Source of the DNA: a virus
Virus record (IMG/VR): IMGVR_UViG_3300028920_000052
Span: 33,596-97,595 of that record
DNA length: 64,000 nt
Strand: one strand, 5' to 3'
A program made the position numbers and the translations under genes. Below, piece by piece: positions 48,170 to 59,800 of the stretch (position 1 is its first letter; the number at the start of each line of letters is the position of its first letter). The notes beneath the pieces are model-generated. The model was not told the DNA's origin. It worked only from the letters and a program-made list of their open reading frames with translations, and did not search any database.

Positions 48170-48991
48170 ATGTTTAATGGAAAATACACACACATTAATG
48201 AAATTCTTGAAAGAGTTAGAAGAGACTATGCTCTTGAAGAAGTTTATATAGACGAAGCAAAGGAATGGGTATGGGATTGTATAGGCTACTTTGGAAGACC
48301 TGAAATATTAGTTAATTCTATTGAAGAATTAAAAATAGAAGATAATAGAGCTTTACTTCCAGTAGATATGTATGAATTCATAGGTTGCAGAGAGAAGTCA
48401 TCTAAGATGCCATTAATTCCTACAACTGATAGATATTATAGTTCTAATCTAGAAACTACAAATTCATTAGGTCAAGCTATTGTTCAAGGACAAAGTATTA
48501 ATATTGAAACTACTAAAGTAGGAGATAATATTGTAGATGAACTTGAAGATAGTACAATATTTCTTGAGTTTATTCCTAGAATAGATGTAGACATTGACAC
48601 CAAATATACTTATCAAATAAATGGATATTATATTTTTACAGGATTAACAGATGTTACTATAGAAGTTGCTTATAGAGCATTTCCTATGTGGGAAGACAAT
48701 ACTCCTAAAATTCCAGATGACCCTAAAGTAGTTAGAATGGTTACTCTTTTTATAGCAGAGAAAATAGCATTTAGATTAATGCTACAAGATAAATTGAGTG
48801 AAAGAAAGTGGGGATATATTAAAGATGAACTTGAGTGGGCTGTAGGCTCTGCACAAAATAGAATAAAAATGCCTGATGAAGATACTATGGAAAGTATTAA
48901 AAATAGTCAAATGAGGCTAAGACCTAAACCTAATCAATGGAGTACAGGATTTAGGAACTTGAATACTGGAGAAGGACTTAAAAGAATCTAA
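48170..48991 (+). CDS. tail tubular/ring protein
   Basis: RALLPVD, IEVAYRAFP...PKIPD; precedes muzzle gene. Confidence 0.7.
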   Translation: MFNGKYTHINEILERVRRDYALEEVYIDEAKEWVWDCIGYFGRPEILVNSIEELKIEDNRALLPVDMYEFIGCREKSSKMPLIPTTDRYYSSNLETTNSLGQAIVQGQSINIETTKVGDNIVDELEDSTIFLEFIPRIDVDIDTKYTYQINGYYIFTGLTDVTIEVAYRAFPMWEDNTPKIPDDPKVVRMVTLFIAEKIAFRLMLQDKLSERKWGYIKDELEWAVGSAQNRIKMPDEDTMESIKNSQMRLRPKPNQWSTGFRNLNTGEGLKRI

Positions 48992-48994
48992 CAT

Positions 48995-51900
48995 ATGGTA
49001 ACTGAAATCTATAACACATTCCTTAAAGGACTAGATACTGATACTAATCCAGTAAACTATTCCAATGATAACTACTACAGCGCTAATAATTTTAGACTTA
49101 TAGTAGATGAAGAACTGTCTTCACTTACTCTTACTAATGGTAAAGGGTTAGAACTTACTTTTACTACCTATCCAAATAAGGTAGGTACTGTTAAAATTAA
49201 AGGGGCATGTGAAATAGATGAAAATTTAATTCTATTTGTTGGTAATGGGGAAATACATGTTATACCAATTGCAAGTTTAAATACAGGAACTATTATAGAT
49301 TTAACAGCAACAACAACTTATAGAATTGTAAATAAAGCATTTGCTTTTGGTGATAGAGTTATAGCAATACCAAAACATGAAAGAACTAATCTTAGAAAAG
49401 TATATTGGGCTGATGGAGACAATCCTGTAAGAGTTATTAATATTGATGAAGATGATACTACATTAGATGGCATGGCTGTAGGGGAATTTGCATTAGTGAG
49501 AAGATGCTTACTTTCAACTCCTGAATTAGAATCTGTAACAGGAGGAAGTTTAAAATCTGGAGTATATAGATATGCATATTGTCTATTTGATGAATATGCT
49601 GGTCAAACTTCTTATTCTTCATTAAGCCAAGCAATACCAGTGGTATCTGAAGATTTTGTTGATGCTACTAGTAATAAAAAAGGATGGACTTTTAGAGGAG
49701 AAGAGTCTGGAGTTACTACGTCAAAAGGGTTACAAATTAAGATAACTCAAAATACTAATCTTAGTACACACCAAGAAGAATTTTCTAATATAAGAGTAGT
49801 ATCTTTATACTACACTTCCCAAACTTCAATACCTGAAGTTACTATAATATATGAAGGACTTAATGTTTCAGAAGTATATGTAGAAGATATGGGGACATTA
49901 AATTTAGGTACTCTTGCTTATGAAGAATTTACAGCAATGAATATGTACCTTATTCCTCAAACTATAGAGACTAAAAATAATTATTTATTCTTTGGTAATG
50001 TAACTGAAAGTGCTTATGATGTAGATTATGATGCTAGAGCATATAGATTTAATTCAGATGGTGAAGCTCTTATTTGGGATGCTTCTGATTTCAGTGTTGA
50101 TGCAGAAACAGATGTTTCAGATTATGATGTAGATGAAGATGCCGATTGTGCTAATAAATATAATGTACTAGATTATGACAGTTATACTGGAAATACTTCA
50201 TCTAGCACTACTCCTAGAGTAACTGCAGAAGATTGTAAATATCAATCTGATGGTGAGACTTTAGGAGGAGAAGGTTTAAACATAGCATATGAATTCATAA
50301 CAGACACAATAACTGGTGGAGATCCTGCAAATAGTAATCAACCTTATCTTAATCCTACAGATTATATTAGTATAGGATATCAAAGAGATGAAATATATAG
50401 ATTTGGAATAAGGCTATTTAATACCTATGGAGAAGGAACATTTGTTAAATGGATTGGAGATATAAGATTTCCAAGTGTTGAAGAAAAACCTATTTATAAC
50501 TCAGGTACAGGGTATATTAATATTTTAGGGATTAAATTCACTGTTAGTAATTTACCTACAGGTGTTACAGGTTATCAAATAGTTAGAGCAACAAGAAATA
50601 CTGGAGATCAAACAGTTGTTGATACTGGATATATAGGACATTTACAAATAGGTGATTCAAATATAGGGTATTATTTTGGAGGTACCTATAATAGCTATAG
50701 CTCAACTAAAGATTCAAATCTTTATTCTAGACCTAAATTATACTCATCAGCATTAACTGGTGCTCCTCAACGAGATATTGTGGAATATATTTCTCCAGAA
50801 ACTACTTACAACAATATCGCATCTACTAATTATAATAGGATTGATAGTTATGAAGGAACAAATACTTCTGATTGGTTAAGAACAGGACTAAGCACTCCAT
50901 ATGATAATGATAATGTATCTTTAACATATTTAACCCAAGCATATGATTCAGGAGAAACTCCTATAGTAACAAAGATAAAAACTATAGACTGTTTTAAGTA
51001 CAGTGGTGTACATGATGATGATTACAGTGTTATTATGGGAGGAAGGTTTGGTTCCATAAAATTAAATTCTGAGAGTAATAATAATGATGAACTTGACCAA
51101 TATAATATAGATGGAGTGTATGCTAAAGGTAACAGGGGAGTTAAAGGAACTACTCTTCTCTTAAACCTTGTAACTAATTTAACTAAAAATGATGATAATG
51201 ACTATCTAAATTATCCAGCATATGCATTAAGAAGAAATCATATTAAACCTTATGGAGGATTTACTTATGGAGCTATTCAAGCTACAGAATATATACCATG
51301 TACTTCCATACAAGATTCAACAACTTCTTATGTAGATACTTGGGGAGGAGATACTTTCATTACTTGGTATGACTACTTAAGAGTAGGCTGGTATGATTAT
51401 GTAGGTTCTAAAGATGAAGAAGACACAGTAGATAAATATAATAGTAATAAGTATGCTCAAATAGTTAGATGTTTAGTTGAGAGTAAAATAAACTTAACCT
51501 ACACAGTTAGTCCTACTATTCTTTACTACAACTTATTTACACAAGCTACAGCAAACCTAGCACAAGCAGAATATGACTATTTAGCTATGTGGGAAACTGC
51601 AGGAAGTTATTTATTAGCAGATGACCCTGCTGGAGATGCTGACAGAAAATATTTTGAACAGGATTTTAATATGTATACTTATAACCCTGTGTTCTCTGCA
51701 TTGAACTATGCTACAACTTATATAGCAAAACCTAATTATTTTTCAGAAACTAATGTATTTCCTAACCGTATTTATAGAAGTGATAAAAAAATTGATGGAG
51801 CTGTTTCGGATAATTGGGGAACAGTTAAAGCTTTTAATTTCTTAGATGTTGATAGTTCATATGGGGAAATAACTAGACTTTACACGCATAATAATACTTT

Positions 51901-52837
51901 GCTATGTTTCCAACCTAAAGGTATTTCAGTACTTCCTATAGAAGAAAGAGAACAAGTAAGTACAACTAGTGGATCAAGTGTTGCTATAGGTACTGGAGAT
52001 GTTTTAAGTAGGTATGATTATTTGAGTAACACTTCAGGTACTGCATTCCATGATTCTATAGTGGGAACTAATAATGGAATTTATTATGTTGATGGTATCA
52101 ATAAGAAAATAGCTGTACTTGCACAAGGAGTACAGTTTATTTCAGATACTAAAAAGATAATGTCTTATACAGCTAACAAAGATTTTTCTACTGCAGTAAT
52201 GTTGTATAATCCTAAATATTCTGAACTATGGATTAATATAGATGATGATACAATAATATTTAATGAATACCTAGGATACTTTACTTCTACATTAGATACA
52301 ACTTTTGAATTTGGCTTTACTATAAATGGATTAACTCATTGTGTAGATAGTGTTACAAGAGGAATTTATACTAATAGCAATATGCTTATATTAGATCAAG
52401 GTAATTATGGGGCATATGATTCTAGTTCAAACTATTATAATACTGAGCTAACTCAGCCTACTATAGATTCCAGTGAAATAAAATTTGTTGTTAATCCTGC
52501 TAATGGTATGAAGAATAGATTTGATAGTATTGATTTAAACACATATACTTATGTAGATGATGTTAATGCTAGTCATTCTTATACTTTTAATGGATTAGTT
52601 GCTAAGACTTTATATCAAACTTGCACTCAAACATCTTTACATGCTAATGCTAAAAGGAGATTTGGTACTTGGAGATATAATAACCTTAGAGGAGATTCTA
52701 ATGATAGATTGCACGATAACTACCTAAAGTTAGAGTTGACCTTTAGCCCTACAACAATTGGATTTAGAGATGGAGATGATGTTAAGTTTGTAGTTAATGG
52801 AATTAGTACTAATTTTATTCCAACTTTTATTAGATAA
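48995..52837 (+). CDS. muzzle / tail stabilisation protein (P22 gp10-like)
   Basis: 1280 aa; NTFLKGLDTD, KVYWADG, GVYRYAY, YQRDEIYRFGI, GGDTFI. Confidence 0.8.
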   Translation: MVTEIYNTFLKGLDTDTNPVNYSNDNYYSANNFRLIVDEELSSLTLTNGKGLELTFTTYPNKVGTVKIKGACEIDENLILFVGNGEIHVIPIASLNTGTIIDLTATTTYRIVNKAFAFGDRVIAIPKHERTNLRKVYWADGDNPVRVINIDEDDTTLDGMAVGEFALVRRCLLSTPELESVTGGSLKSGVYRYAYCLFDEYAGQTSYSSLSQAIPVVSEDFVDATSNKKGWTFRGEESGVTTSKGLQIKITQNTNLSTHQEEFSNIRVVSLYYTSQTSIPEVTIIYEGLNVSEVYVEDMGTLNLGTLAYEEFTAMNMYLIPQTIETKNNYLFFGNVTESAYDVDYDARAYRFNSDGEALIWDASDFSVDAETDVSDYDVDEDADCANKYNVLDYDSYTGNTSSSTTPRVTAEDCKYQSDGETLGGEGLNIAYEFITDTITGGDPANSNQPYLNPTDYISIGYQRDEIYRFGIRLFNTYGEGTFVKWIGDIRFPSVEEKPIYNSGTGYINILGIKFTVSNLPTGVTGYQIVRATRNTGDQTVVDTGYIGHLQIGDSNIGYYFGGTYNSYSSTKDSNLYSRPKLYSSALTGAPQRDIVEYISPETTYNNIASTNYNRIDSYEGTNTSDWLRTGLSTPYDNDNVSLTYLTQAYDSGETPIVTKIKTIDCFKYSGVHDDDYSVIMGGRFGSIKLNSESNNNDELDQYNIDGVYAKGNRGVKGTTLLLNLVTNLTKNDDNDYLNYPAYALRRNHIKPYGGFTYGAIQATEYIPCTSIQDSTTSYVDTWGGDTFITWYDYLRVGWYDYVGSKDEEDTVDKYNSNKYAQIVRCLVESKINLTYTVSPTILYYNLFTQATANLAQAEYDYLAMWETAGSYLLADDPAGDADRKYFEQDFNMYTYNPVFSALNYATTYIAKPNYFSETNVFPNRIYRSDKKIDGAVSDNWGTVKAFNFLDVDSSYGEITRLYTHNNTLLCFQPKGISVLPIEEREQVSTTSGSSVAIGTGDVLSRYDYLSNTSGTAFHDSIVGTNNGIYYVDGINKKIAVLAQGVQFISDTKKIMSYTANKDFSTAVMLYNPKYSELWINIDDDTIIFNEYLGYFTSTLDTTFEFGFTINGLTHCVDSVTRGIYTNSNMLILDQGNYGAYDSSSNYYNTELTQPTIDSSEIKFVVNPANGMKNRFDSIDLNTYTYVDDVNASHSYTFNGLVAKTLYQTCTQTSLHANAKRRFGTWRYNNLRGDSNDRLHDNYLKLELTFSPTTIGFRDGDDVKFVVNGISTNFIPTFIR

Positions 52838-52888
52838 AATTTGGATTTCTCAAATATATGTTTTAATTTTACTGAAATATAGCAACTT

Positions 52889-54733
52889 ATGAAAACAAAA
52901 AGATATAGAACTCCTAAAAGAAAAGATTATATTACCTATGATGATTTAGAACAACTAGGTTTTGGAAGTTGGCTTAAAGACAATGCTGGTAATTTAATAC
53001 AAGGAGCTGCAGGTACTGCAATGATGTTTGTGCCTGGTGGACAAGTAGCCGGGGCAGGGATGTTAGCTTCTTCAGCAGGAGGTTTTGCTAATACAGCAAT
53101 ACAAAATAAAGAGCAAGAAGAAGCAGAAAAAAATGCTGCTAATCAACAAGCTTTAATGAATCAAAAAAATAAAACTGCTGTAGGAGATGCCCTTGTATCA
53201 TTTGTGCCTACTATGAAACAAGGTGGTAGACTAAAGAGAATGGCTAATGGAGGAGTTCCAGAATTTACTTATAGTACAACTTCAAGCCCACAAATTTTTG
53301 GATTTCATCAAAGACCTAATAATCCTCCATATGAAATTCCTAAACCAGATCCTAAAAAATTAGATACTTTACAGGAATATAAAATTACTAATCAAGAATT
53401 TGCAACAATGGAAAGTCCTGCAGGTAGATACCATACATTTGATATACGTAGAATTGATGATTCAGGAAAAGCTTATTATGATAGTAAGACTGTTTCTGAT
53501 AGAGACTACAGTAAGTTTATAGAAGAGAATTCTGAAGTAATAGGTAGAAATCCAAAGTATAAACACCTCATAAAAAAAGCTAAAGGTGGATCTGTAACTA
53601 GAAATTATACTGGACAGTTTCACAGTGGGCCTGATGGGGGAGATCCTGTAGATGCTAATGGCAATATTAATCCTATTAATCCTGTAGCATTAGTTTCAAA
53701 AAAAGAAGTTGGATTTAATGACTACATACTTTCAGAAGACTTAGGTTTTGCTGATGAAGCAAGAAAACTTCAAAAGAAGTACAAGCTTAGAATGAAAGAT
53801 GGTAAGATAAGAGATAGTATTTCTTCAAAAGGATATGATATGGAAATGGAGAAATTAAAAGCTAAACAAGAAGAACTTAGAGATAAAATGGGTTTAAATG
53901 AATCTGAACAACCTATGATGAGTAGAGGTGGAGGATTACCTAAGTATGATGGAACTAATTATTCACAATATTTATTTAATGCGGGAAATCAACTAGAAGG
54001 ATTAAACACTGGACAGTTAAGAAGTTCTTACATGCAGAAACCAGTTCTACCTGATTTTAATTACACACCAAAAGATTTCAATGCTCCTATTCCAGCATCT
54101 TCTTCAGAAACTACACCTTATGAAGGAATGTCTCCTTGGGCAGCAGCAATACCTTCTTTAGTTAGTATGGGAAGTAATCTTTATCAAGCTTCAAGAGTAG
54201 ATAAAGATGCTCCAGCAAAACTTAATTTTGCGCCACAAGTTGCTGAAAGGATTAGTTTAGAACAGGATAGACAAAGATTAAGAGAACAGGCTGCTTTAGC
54301 AAGAACTATGAATAAAAGAGGATTAACAAACTCAGGTGCTTCACAGGCTCAACTAATGGCAGGTACTACCGCTGGTAATATAGGAGTTCAGAGAAACTTA
54401 AATGAAGGATTAGTTCAACTAGGTACTACAGAGGCATTAACTAATATGCAAAATAGACAACAGGCTAATCAGATGAATGCTGAAATGGATATGCAGGAAC
54501 AAATGTATAATTCACAAATAGGGGCACAATCAAGAAACTTAAAGAATCAATATATAACAAATGCTATGACTGCTCCAATGTTAGGAATGCAAGATTACTT
54601 ACAGTCTAGGGGAGATGCTGCTAAATTACAAATGTCTCAACCCAATGTACAGTTAGCATGGGAAAGAGATCCTCGAACAGGTAGAAGAAGGCTGGTTAAG
54701 AAGGAAGTTAATACAGGTAATATATTAGATTAA
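52889..54733 (+). CDS. virion cargo/ejection protein
   Basis: G/A-rich amphipathic N-terminus, repeated xxxGG motifs, Q/N/M-rich C-terminus. Confidence 0.65.
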   Translation: MKTKRYRTPKRKDYITYDDLEQLGFGSWLKDNAGNLIQGAAGTAMMFVPGGQVAGAGMLASSAGGFANTAIQNKEQEEAEKNAANQQALMNQKNKTAVGDALVSFVPTMKQGGRLKRMANGGVPEFTYSTTSSPQIFGFHQRPNNPPYEIPKPDPKKLDTLQEYKITNQEFATMESPAGRYHTFDIRRIDDSGKAYYDSKTVSDRDYSKFIEENSEVIGRNPKYKHLIKKAKGGSVTRNYTGQFHSGPDGGDPVDANGNINPINPVALVSKKEVGFNDYILSEDLGFADEARKLQKKYKLRMKDGKIRDSISSKGYDMEMEKLKAKQEELRDKMGLNESEQPMMSRGGGLPKYDGTNYSQYLFNAGNQLEGLNTGQLRSSYMQKPVLPDFNYTPKDFNAPIPASSSETTPYEGMSPWAAAIPSLVSMGSNLYQASRVDKDAPAKLNFAPQVAERISLEQDRQRLREQAALARTMNKRGLTNSGASQAQLMAGTTAGNIGVQRNLNEGLVQLGTTEALTNMQNRQQANQMNAEMDMQEQMYNSQIGAQSRNLKNQYITNAMTAPMLGMQDYLQSRGDAAKLQMSQPNVQLAWERDPRTGRRRLVKKEVNTGNILD

Positions 54734-54744
54734 TAAATATAATT

Positions 54745-56853
54745 ATGGCAAGAAGACCTTATGGGTATCCTAGATATCCAAATATGCAACAACAAACACA
54801 AGTTTCTAGTGTACCTTATATTAGTATGCGTGATCCAAATGCTTATGAAGATTATTCTAAAATATTAGAAGGTGCACAGCAAAGATATGATACTTCTCAA
54901 AGTGCTATTGCTAGATATTTAGATGAATATAGTAATGCTAAAGTTTCAGATAGGAATGCCCCTGCATTAGATGAAATAGTTGAAGGAAGACTAGGAGAAT
55001 TAAAAGAAACTATAAAAGATAAGTATGATGGACAATATGGCAATGCTGCTAATGAGATAATTCAGAGATTAGCTTCTGCTAGAAAACCTGTTATGCAAGC
55101 ACAACAAGCTTATGAATTAGAACAACAGGCTAAAAAAGAATACCAAGCTGCATTAAATAGTGGTAATGCCCCTAGAGATATTGTAAGAGATGAAAATGGA
55201 AACTATGTAGAAAGAACCTTATCTTTTGAAGATTACTATAAATTACCAGAATCAGATTTCTTAGAAGGAAAGTTTGCAATGCCTGAATTTAGAGCTTTAA
55301 GAGGAAGAGGTAAACATGACGAATGGGTACAAAAGAATATAAGTTCTCCAATAATGAGCATGATTAAAGAAGGAGATCTAAAACAAATGGAAGGTATTTT
55401 TGGGGGGCTGGCAGAATCTATAAAAACTAGAGGAATGTCGGATGCTGATGTAGATGCTTATATAGATAATACTCCTGAATTAGTAGACTCTTTTATGGCT
55501 AATTCTACATTTGCACAGGAAGAATTTAATGGGGATAGAGAACTCGCTAAAGATTATTTAAAAGATTTAGTCAAAGCACAAACTGTATTATCAACAGAAA
55601 AAGGACAAACAGGTATACCTGGATATAATCCTAATCCTGTTGAACCTTCTCCTACACCTGGTTCTAATGCTCTAGTCTTTGAAAGTAGATTAGGAGCAAA
55701 CCAAGATGCTTATACAACGGATACTTTTTATGATAATAGCCCTAATGCTAGAAACAGAATTATAAGTAAGCAAGCTAATTCTCCTTTAGTAGGAGAAAGT
55801 ATTACTGTACAAGATTTAACCGAGGGCAGAGCTACATATGAGCAGTATAGAACTAATTTTATAGAAAAAACTATTAGGAATAATGTACCTGAATTAAAGA
55901 CATTATGGGATATTGGAAGTAAAACAGATGATGATTTAGCAAAAGAAGTTGGATATTCTTCTTATTCAGCTTTAAAAACAGCAAAACAAAATGAGGCTAA
56001 ATCAGAATCAGGACAGTCTATAATGTCTACTAGTGATAATCCTTTTGCCAAAGCTTCTGCTGCGAGTTGGGCAAAAAAAGAAACTTCTAATAGTATAAGT
56101 CAATTTGATAAATTTGATAAATTGAAGAAAGAAAGAAATGATGCTGCAAATAAATATTCAGAAACATTGCAAAATAATGCTGAAAAATTTATAAAAGATT
56201 TTGGATTGGATGCAGATTTTAATGTAAGTTTATATCAACCTAATCTAATGAATATGGAAGAAAAAACAGCAACTAAATATAATTATTGGAAGAAAAACAT
56301 AGAAGAAGATTATTCTGTTCCAGGACAATTTAGATTTTTAGATGGGGATTTAAAAGGAGAAACCTCATCTGATATAAATAAAGAATACACAAATAAAAAT
56401 GGAAGTAGAAAACCTTTTAGTATTTCTGGTGTAGGTAATTTAGGAGGAGAAGAACTAATTTGGAATGTTAGAAATCCAGATGGTACTTTTAGTATGGCTG
56501 TATGGGATACTGGATATAAGAAAAAAAGAAGTTACTTAGAATTTTTAGGAGAACCTGAATTATTAGAGACTTTAAATGCCTCAGCAATATCTATTTCAGA
56601 AGATGGCAAGCTAAAACCTACTATGCCTGATACACCAATACTAGAAAACAACATTCAAAAATATAAAATAACAGCGGAAGCTTCTCCTGTAGATCCATCT
56701 ACACAAAAGTTAAAAACTTCAAAAGGATATATAAAAGTTAGAATTAGAGAAGATGGGAAAAAAGTAATGAGCTTTACAAAAAATTCAGATGAAGCAACTT
56801 TTATGCCTAAAGCATTAATGTTTGATGTTATTAATGGATTACCCACAGAATAA
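54745..56853 (+). CDS. ejection protein
   Basis: 702 aa, between cargo gene and giant protein. Confidence 0.6.
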   Translation: MARRPYGYPRYPNMQQQTQVSSVPYISMRDPNAYEDYSKILEGAQQRYDTSQSAIARYLDEYSNAKVSDRNAPALDEIVEGRLGELKETIKDKYDGQYGNAANEIIQRLASARKPVMQAQQAYELEQQAKKEYQAALNSGNAPRDIVRDENGNYVERTLSFEDYYKLPESDFLEGKFAMPEFRALRGRGKHDEWVQKNISSPIMSMIKEGDLKQMEGIFGGLAESIKTRGMSDADVDAYIDNTPELVDSFMANSTFAQEEFNGDRELAKDYLKDLVKAQTVLSTEKGQTGIPGYNPNPVEPSPTPGSNALVFESRLGANQDAYTTDTFYDNSPNARNRIISKQANSPLVGESITVQDLTEGRATYEQYRTNFIEKTIRNNVPELKTLWDIGSKTDDDLAKEVGYSSYSALKTAKQNEAKSESGQSIMSTSDNPFAKASAASWAKKETSNSISQFDKFDKLKKERNDAANKYSETLQNNAEKFIKDFGLDADFNVSLYQPNLMNMEEKTATKYNYWKKNIEEDYSVPGQFRFLDGDLKGETSSDINKEYTNKNGSRKPFSISGVGNLGGEELIWNVRNPDGTFSMAVWDTGYKKKRSYLEFLGEPELLETLNASAISISEDGKLKPTMPDTPILENNIQKYKITAEASPVDPSTQKLKTSKGYIKVRIREDGKKVMSFTKNSDEATFMPKALMFDVINGLPTE

Positions 56854-56859
56854 TAAACT

Positions 56860-59800
56860 ATGCCTAAAGAAATTATATTTGAATCATCAGTTCCATTGGA
56901 ACAACCTAAAATGAATGCGCCTGTAATTGAAGAACTTGAATTTGAATCAACTTATACAGGTGCTTCAACTCCAAAACAATCTCAGTTTAAAGAAAAAGAT
57001 TTTGGAAGAAGGTATTTTAAAGAATCTGCGGCTAACCCTTTATTTAAAGATATTGAATGGGAAAGAGCTGAAGGGCAGCCTTGGTATGAACAACTTGGTG
57101 CTGCAACTACTCAAGCTGTAGTAGGTTCAGTATTAGGACAAACTATTCAAGGTATGGGTACTTTACTTGCTATACCTGATATGATTGGTGGAGATATGTC
57201 TATGGATAATCCTATCTATGATTTAGGTAAAGGAATATCAGATTGGGCTGCAGAAACTACTCCTATATATCAAACGGGGGATAGATTTACAGATAGTGGA
57301 TATTGGTTTCAAGGATTAACTAGTGCTGCGAGTGCTGCTTCATTTTTACTCCCAGGTTGGGCATTTACTAAAGTAGGTAGTGCTATTGCCAAAGGATTAA
57401 AACTAGGAACTACTGCAGGAAAAATGTTAACAACTGGAGTAGGTGCTTTTGGAATGAGACATATTGAAGGAGCTATGGAAGCAAATGATGTGAGAAATAA
57501 GTTTCTTCAAGAAGGAATGTCTGGATATCAACAAGGCAAAATTGATATAGAAAAATTAAGAAATAGTTTATCTGATGAAGAGTTACAAACTTTACATCAG
57601 GAAATGCAGCAAGAAATTCAATCTATTCCTTTACAATTACCTAATCCTGAAACTGGAGAAATGGTAGATAATAGTGAAGCATTAGATGCTGTAAGGAAAA
57701 AATATCAAGATATTATTGCAGAAAAAGCCATTACTAAATATGCAGATGAAGCTGCTAAACTTACTTATATTGCAGACTACAGTAATCTTATTTTTGATAT
57801 TGCACAACTAGGAGCTTTAACTAAGCCTTTATCTAAACTTACTAGAGGCACAAAAGCAATGGGTAAGGTTGCTACAGCAGAAGGTATGGGAGCTAAAACT
57901 TGGTATGGTAATATAGGACAAAGAATGCTTAATACTAGTAAAGTAGGTTTGATTGAAATGACTGAAGGTATTGAGGAGCAGGTTAACTATATATCAGCAC
58001 AAGAAGGAGAAAGACACGGTAAAATATTAGCTGGATTACAAGAAGATGATGGTAGTGATTTGGCTACTAGAGTTGGAAGTAAATATGCTAAAGAAGATGA
58101 ATTTTGGGATTCATTTATATTTGGTGCTATTGGTGGTGTAGGATTTAGAATGATAGGTGATGCAGTAGGAATGGGAGAAAGTTCTAAAGTAGAACAAAGA
58201 AAACTTGCTGAAATACAAAGTAGAACTGAAACATTAAAATCCCATGCTGCTGTAATTGGTGACATTGTTAATAATCCTAATATGTCCAAAGAAGATAAAA
58301 AATCTTCTATTTTAGAACAAGCTGATGCTATGGGGCATGAAATAGGATTAAGAGGCTCTCTAGCAGGTAATATGGAATATGTAGAGAAGTGGCTAAATAA
58401 ACCTGAACTTGTTAAAGAATTACAAGACTTAGGTTTTGGGGAAGAATCAGATGTTAAAGAAGTTATTGATAGGGTAAAAGAATCTGCATTACTTGCAGAA
58501 AATTTGTATAAAAAACATTACACAAATTTATATGAGCAAAATATAGATGAAGGTGTTAAACAAGTAATGGTACAAGATAGAATGGCTCTTGATGCTACCA
58601 TACTTGATAACTTTAATGAAATTCAAGAACTAGAGGCACAATACTCTAAACTATCAAGTAAAGATTTATTTATGATGCAAAGAGGAATTAATCCTCAGAA
58701 TGTAGCAATGTTAAATAAATTTGCTGTAGATAGGGCTATCAATGAAATGAATAGAACTCTTAAAGAAGAAAAGTTAACACCTGAAGCAAAAGCAAGAATT
58801 GAGAAAGTTCTTAGTAAATTACAAGAAACATCTAATGAACAAAGTAGAGTTATAGAGAAAGCAAGAGAAGAAGCAGCAGAAGCTGGTGTAGAGTTTGCAT
58901 TTCCAAAGTTAACAGATTTAAACTTAGTAGATCCAAGAATAGTTTATAACATAGGTAGGAAACAATACCTTAGTAAAATGAATGAAACTCTTACAGAAGA
59001 GTTGTCTGAAAAAGTTGATCCTAAAAATATAAAGAAAGAAGCAGCAAAGGCTAAAGAAAAAATAACTAAACCTGTAGAAGAATTTATACAGAATGATAAA
59101 GACAAAGAAACTACTAAGGCTACAGAAGAAGCAGAAAAACTAAGAGATAGCAAGAAAAATAAAGAAGAAGCTACTAAGCCTGAAGGTACTAAAATTGCTA
59201 CAGATGTTAATCCTGAAGCAAGACAGCAGTTAAATACTATGGGATATAAAGATTCTCAGATAGATGAGCTGTCTAGAGAAGAAAGAGAGGGTATACTAAC
59301 TAATGGCACTCCTGCAGAAGAGTATTTTGCAGAGACTGTAGAAGAAGAGTTTATCTCTAAAGAAACTACTGCAGAAAAAAGAAATAGATTATTAAAAATA
59401 AGAGAAAAAAGAGGAGAAGAATTTAATTTAGATATTATACCAGATACCCCTCAAAAATTTACAAATAATGTTGCAGAGTTATCTTTACCTCTTGCCCCAA
59501 GCATACCAGGAGCTACTATAGATTTAGATGCTTCATTTGGAGAGTCAGATTATGATTTAGATATGTCTAAAGTAAGACTTTTAGAGATACGTGGAAGAAA
59601 TAGTGATGGTAGAATAACAGGAACTGTTAGAATTAGTGATAAGAATAATAATTCTTTTAATGCTGAAGTAATATTTAAAGATGATGCTGAATTAGCAGAA
59701 TTAACTAAAGTAACTCCCACAGAACAAAATACTTCAGATGTATTAGATAGCAATGAAGAAACTACTAATAAAGATGGTGATACTCCTGCAGAAGCTGAAG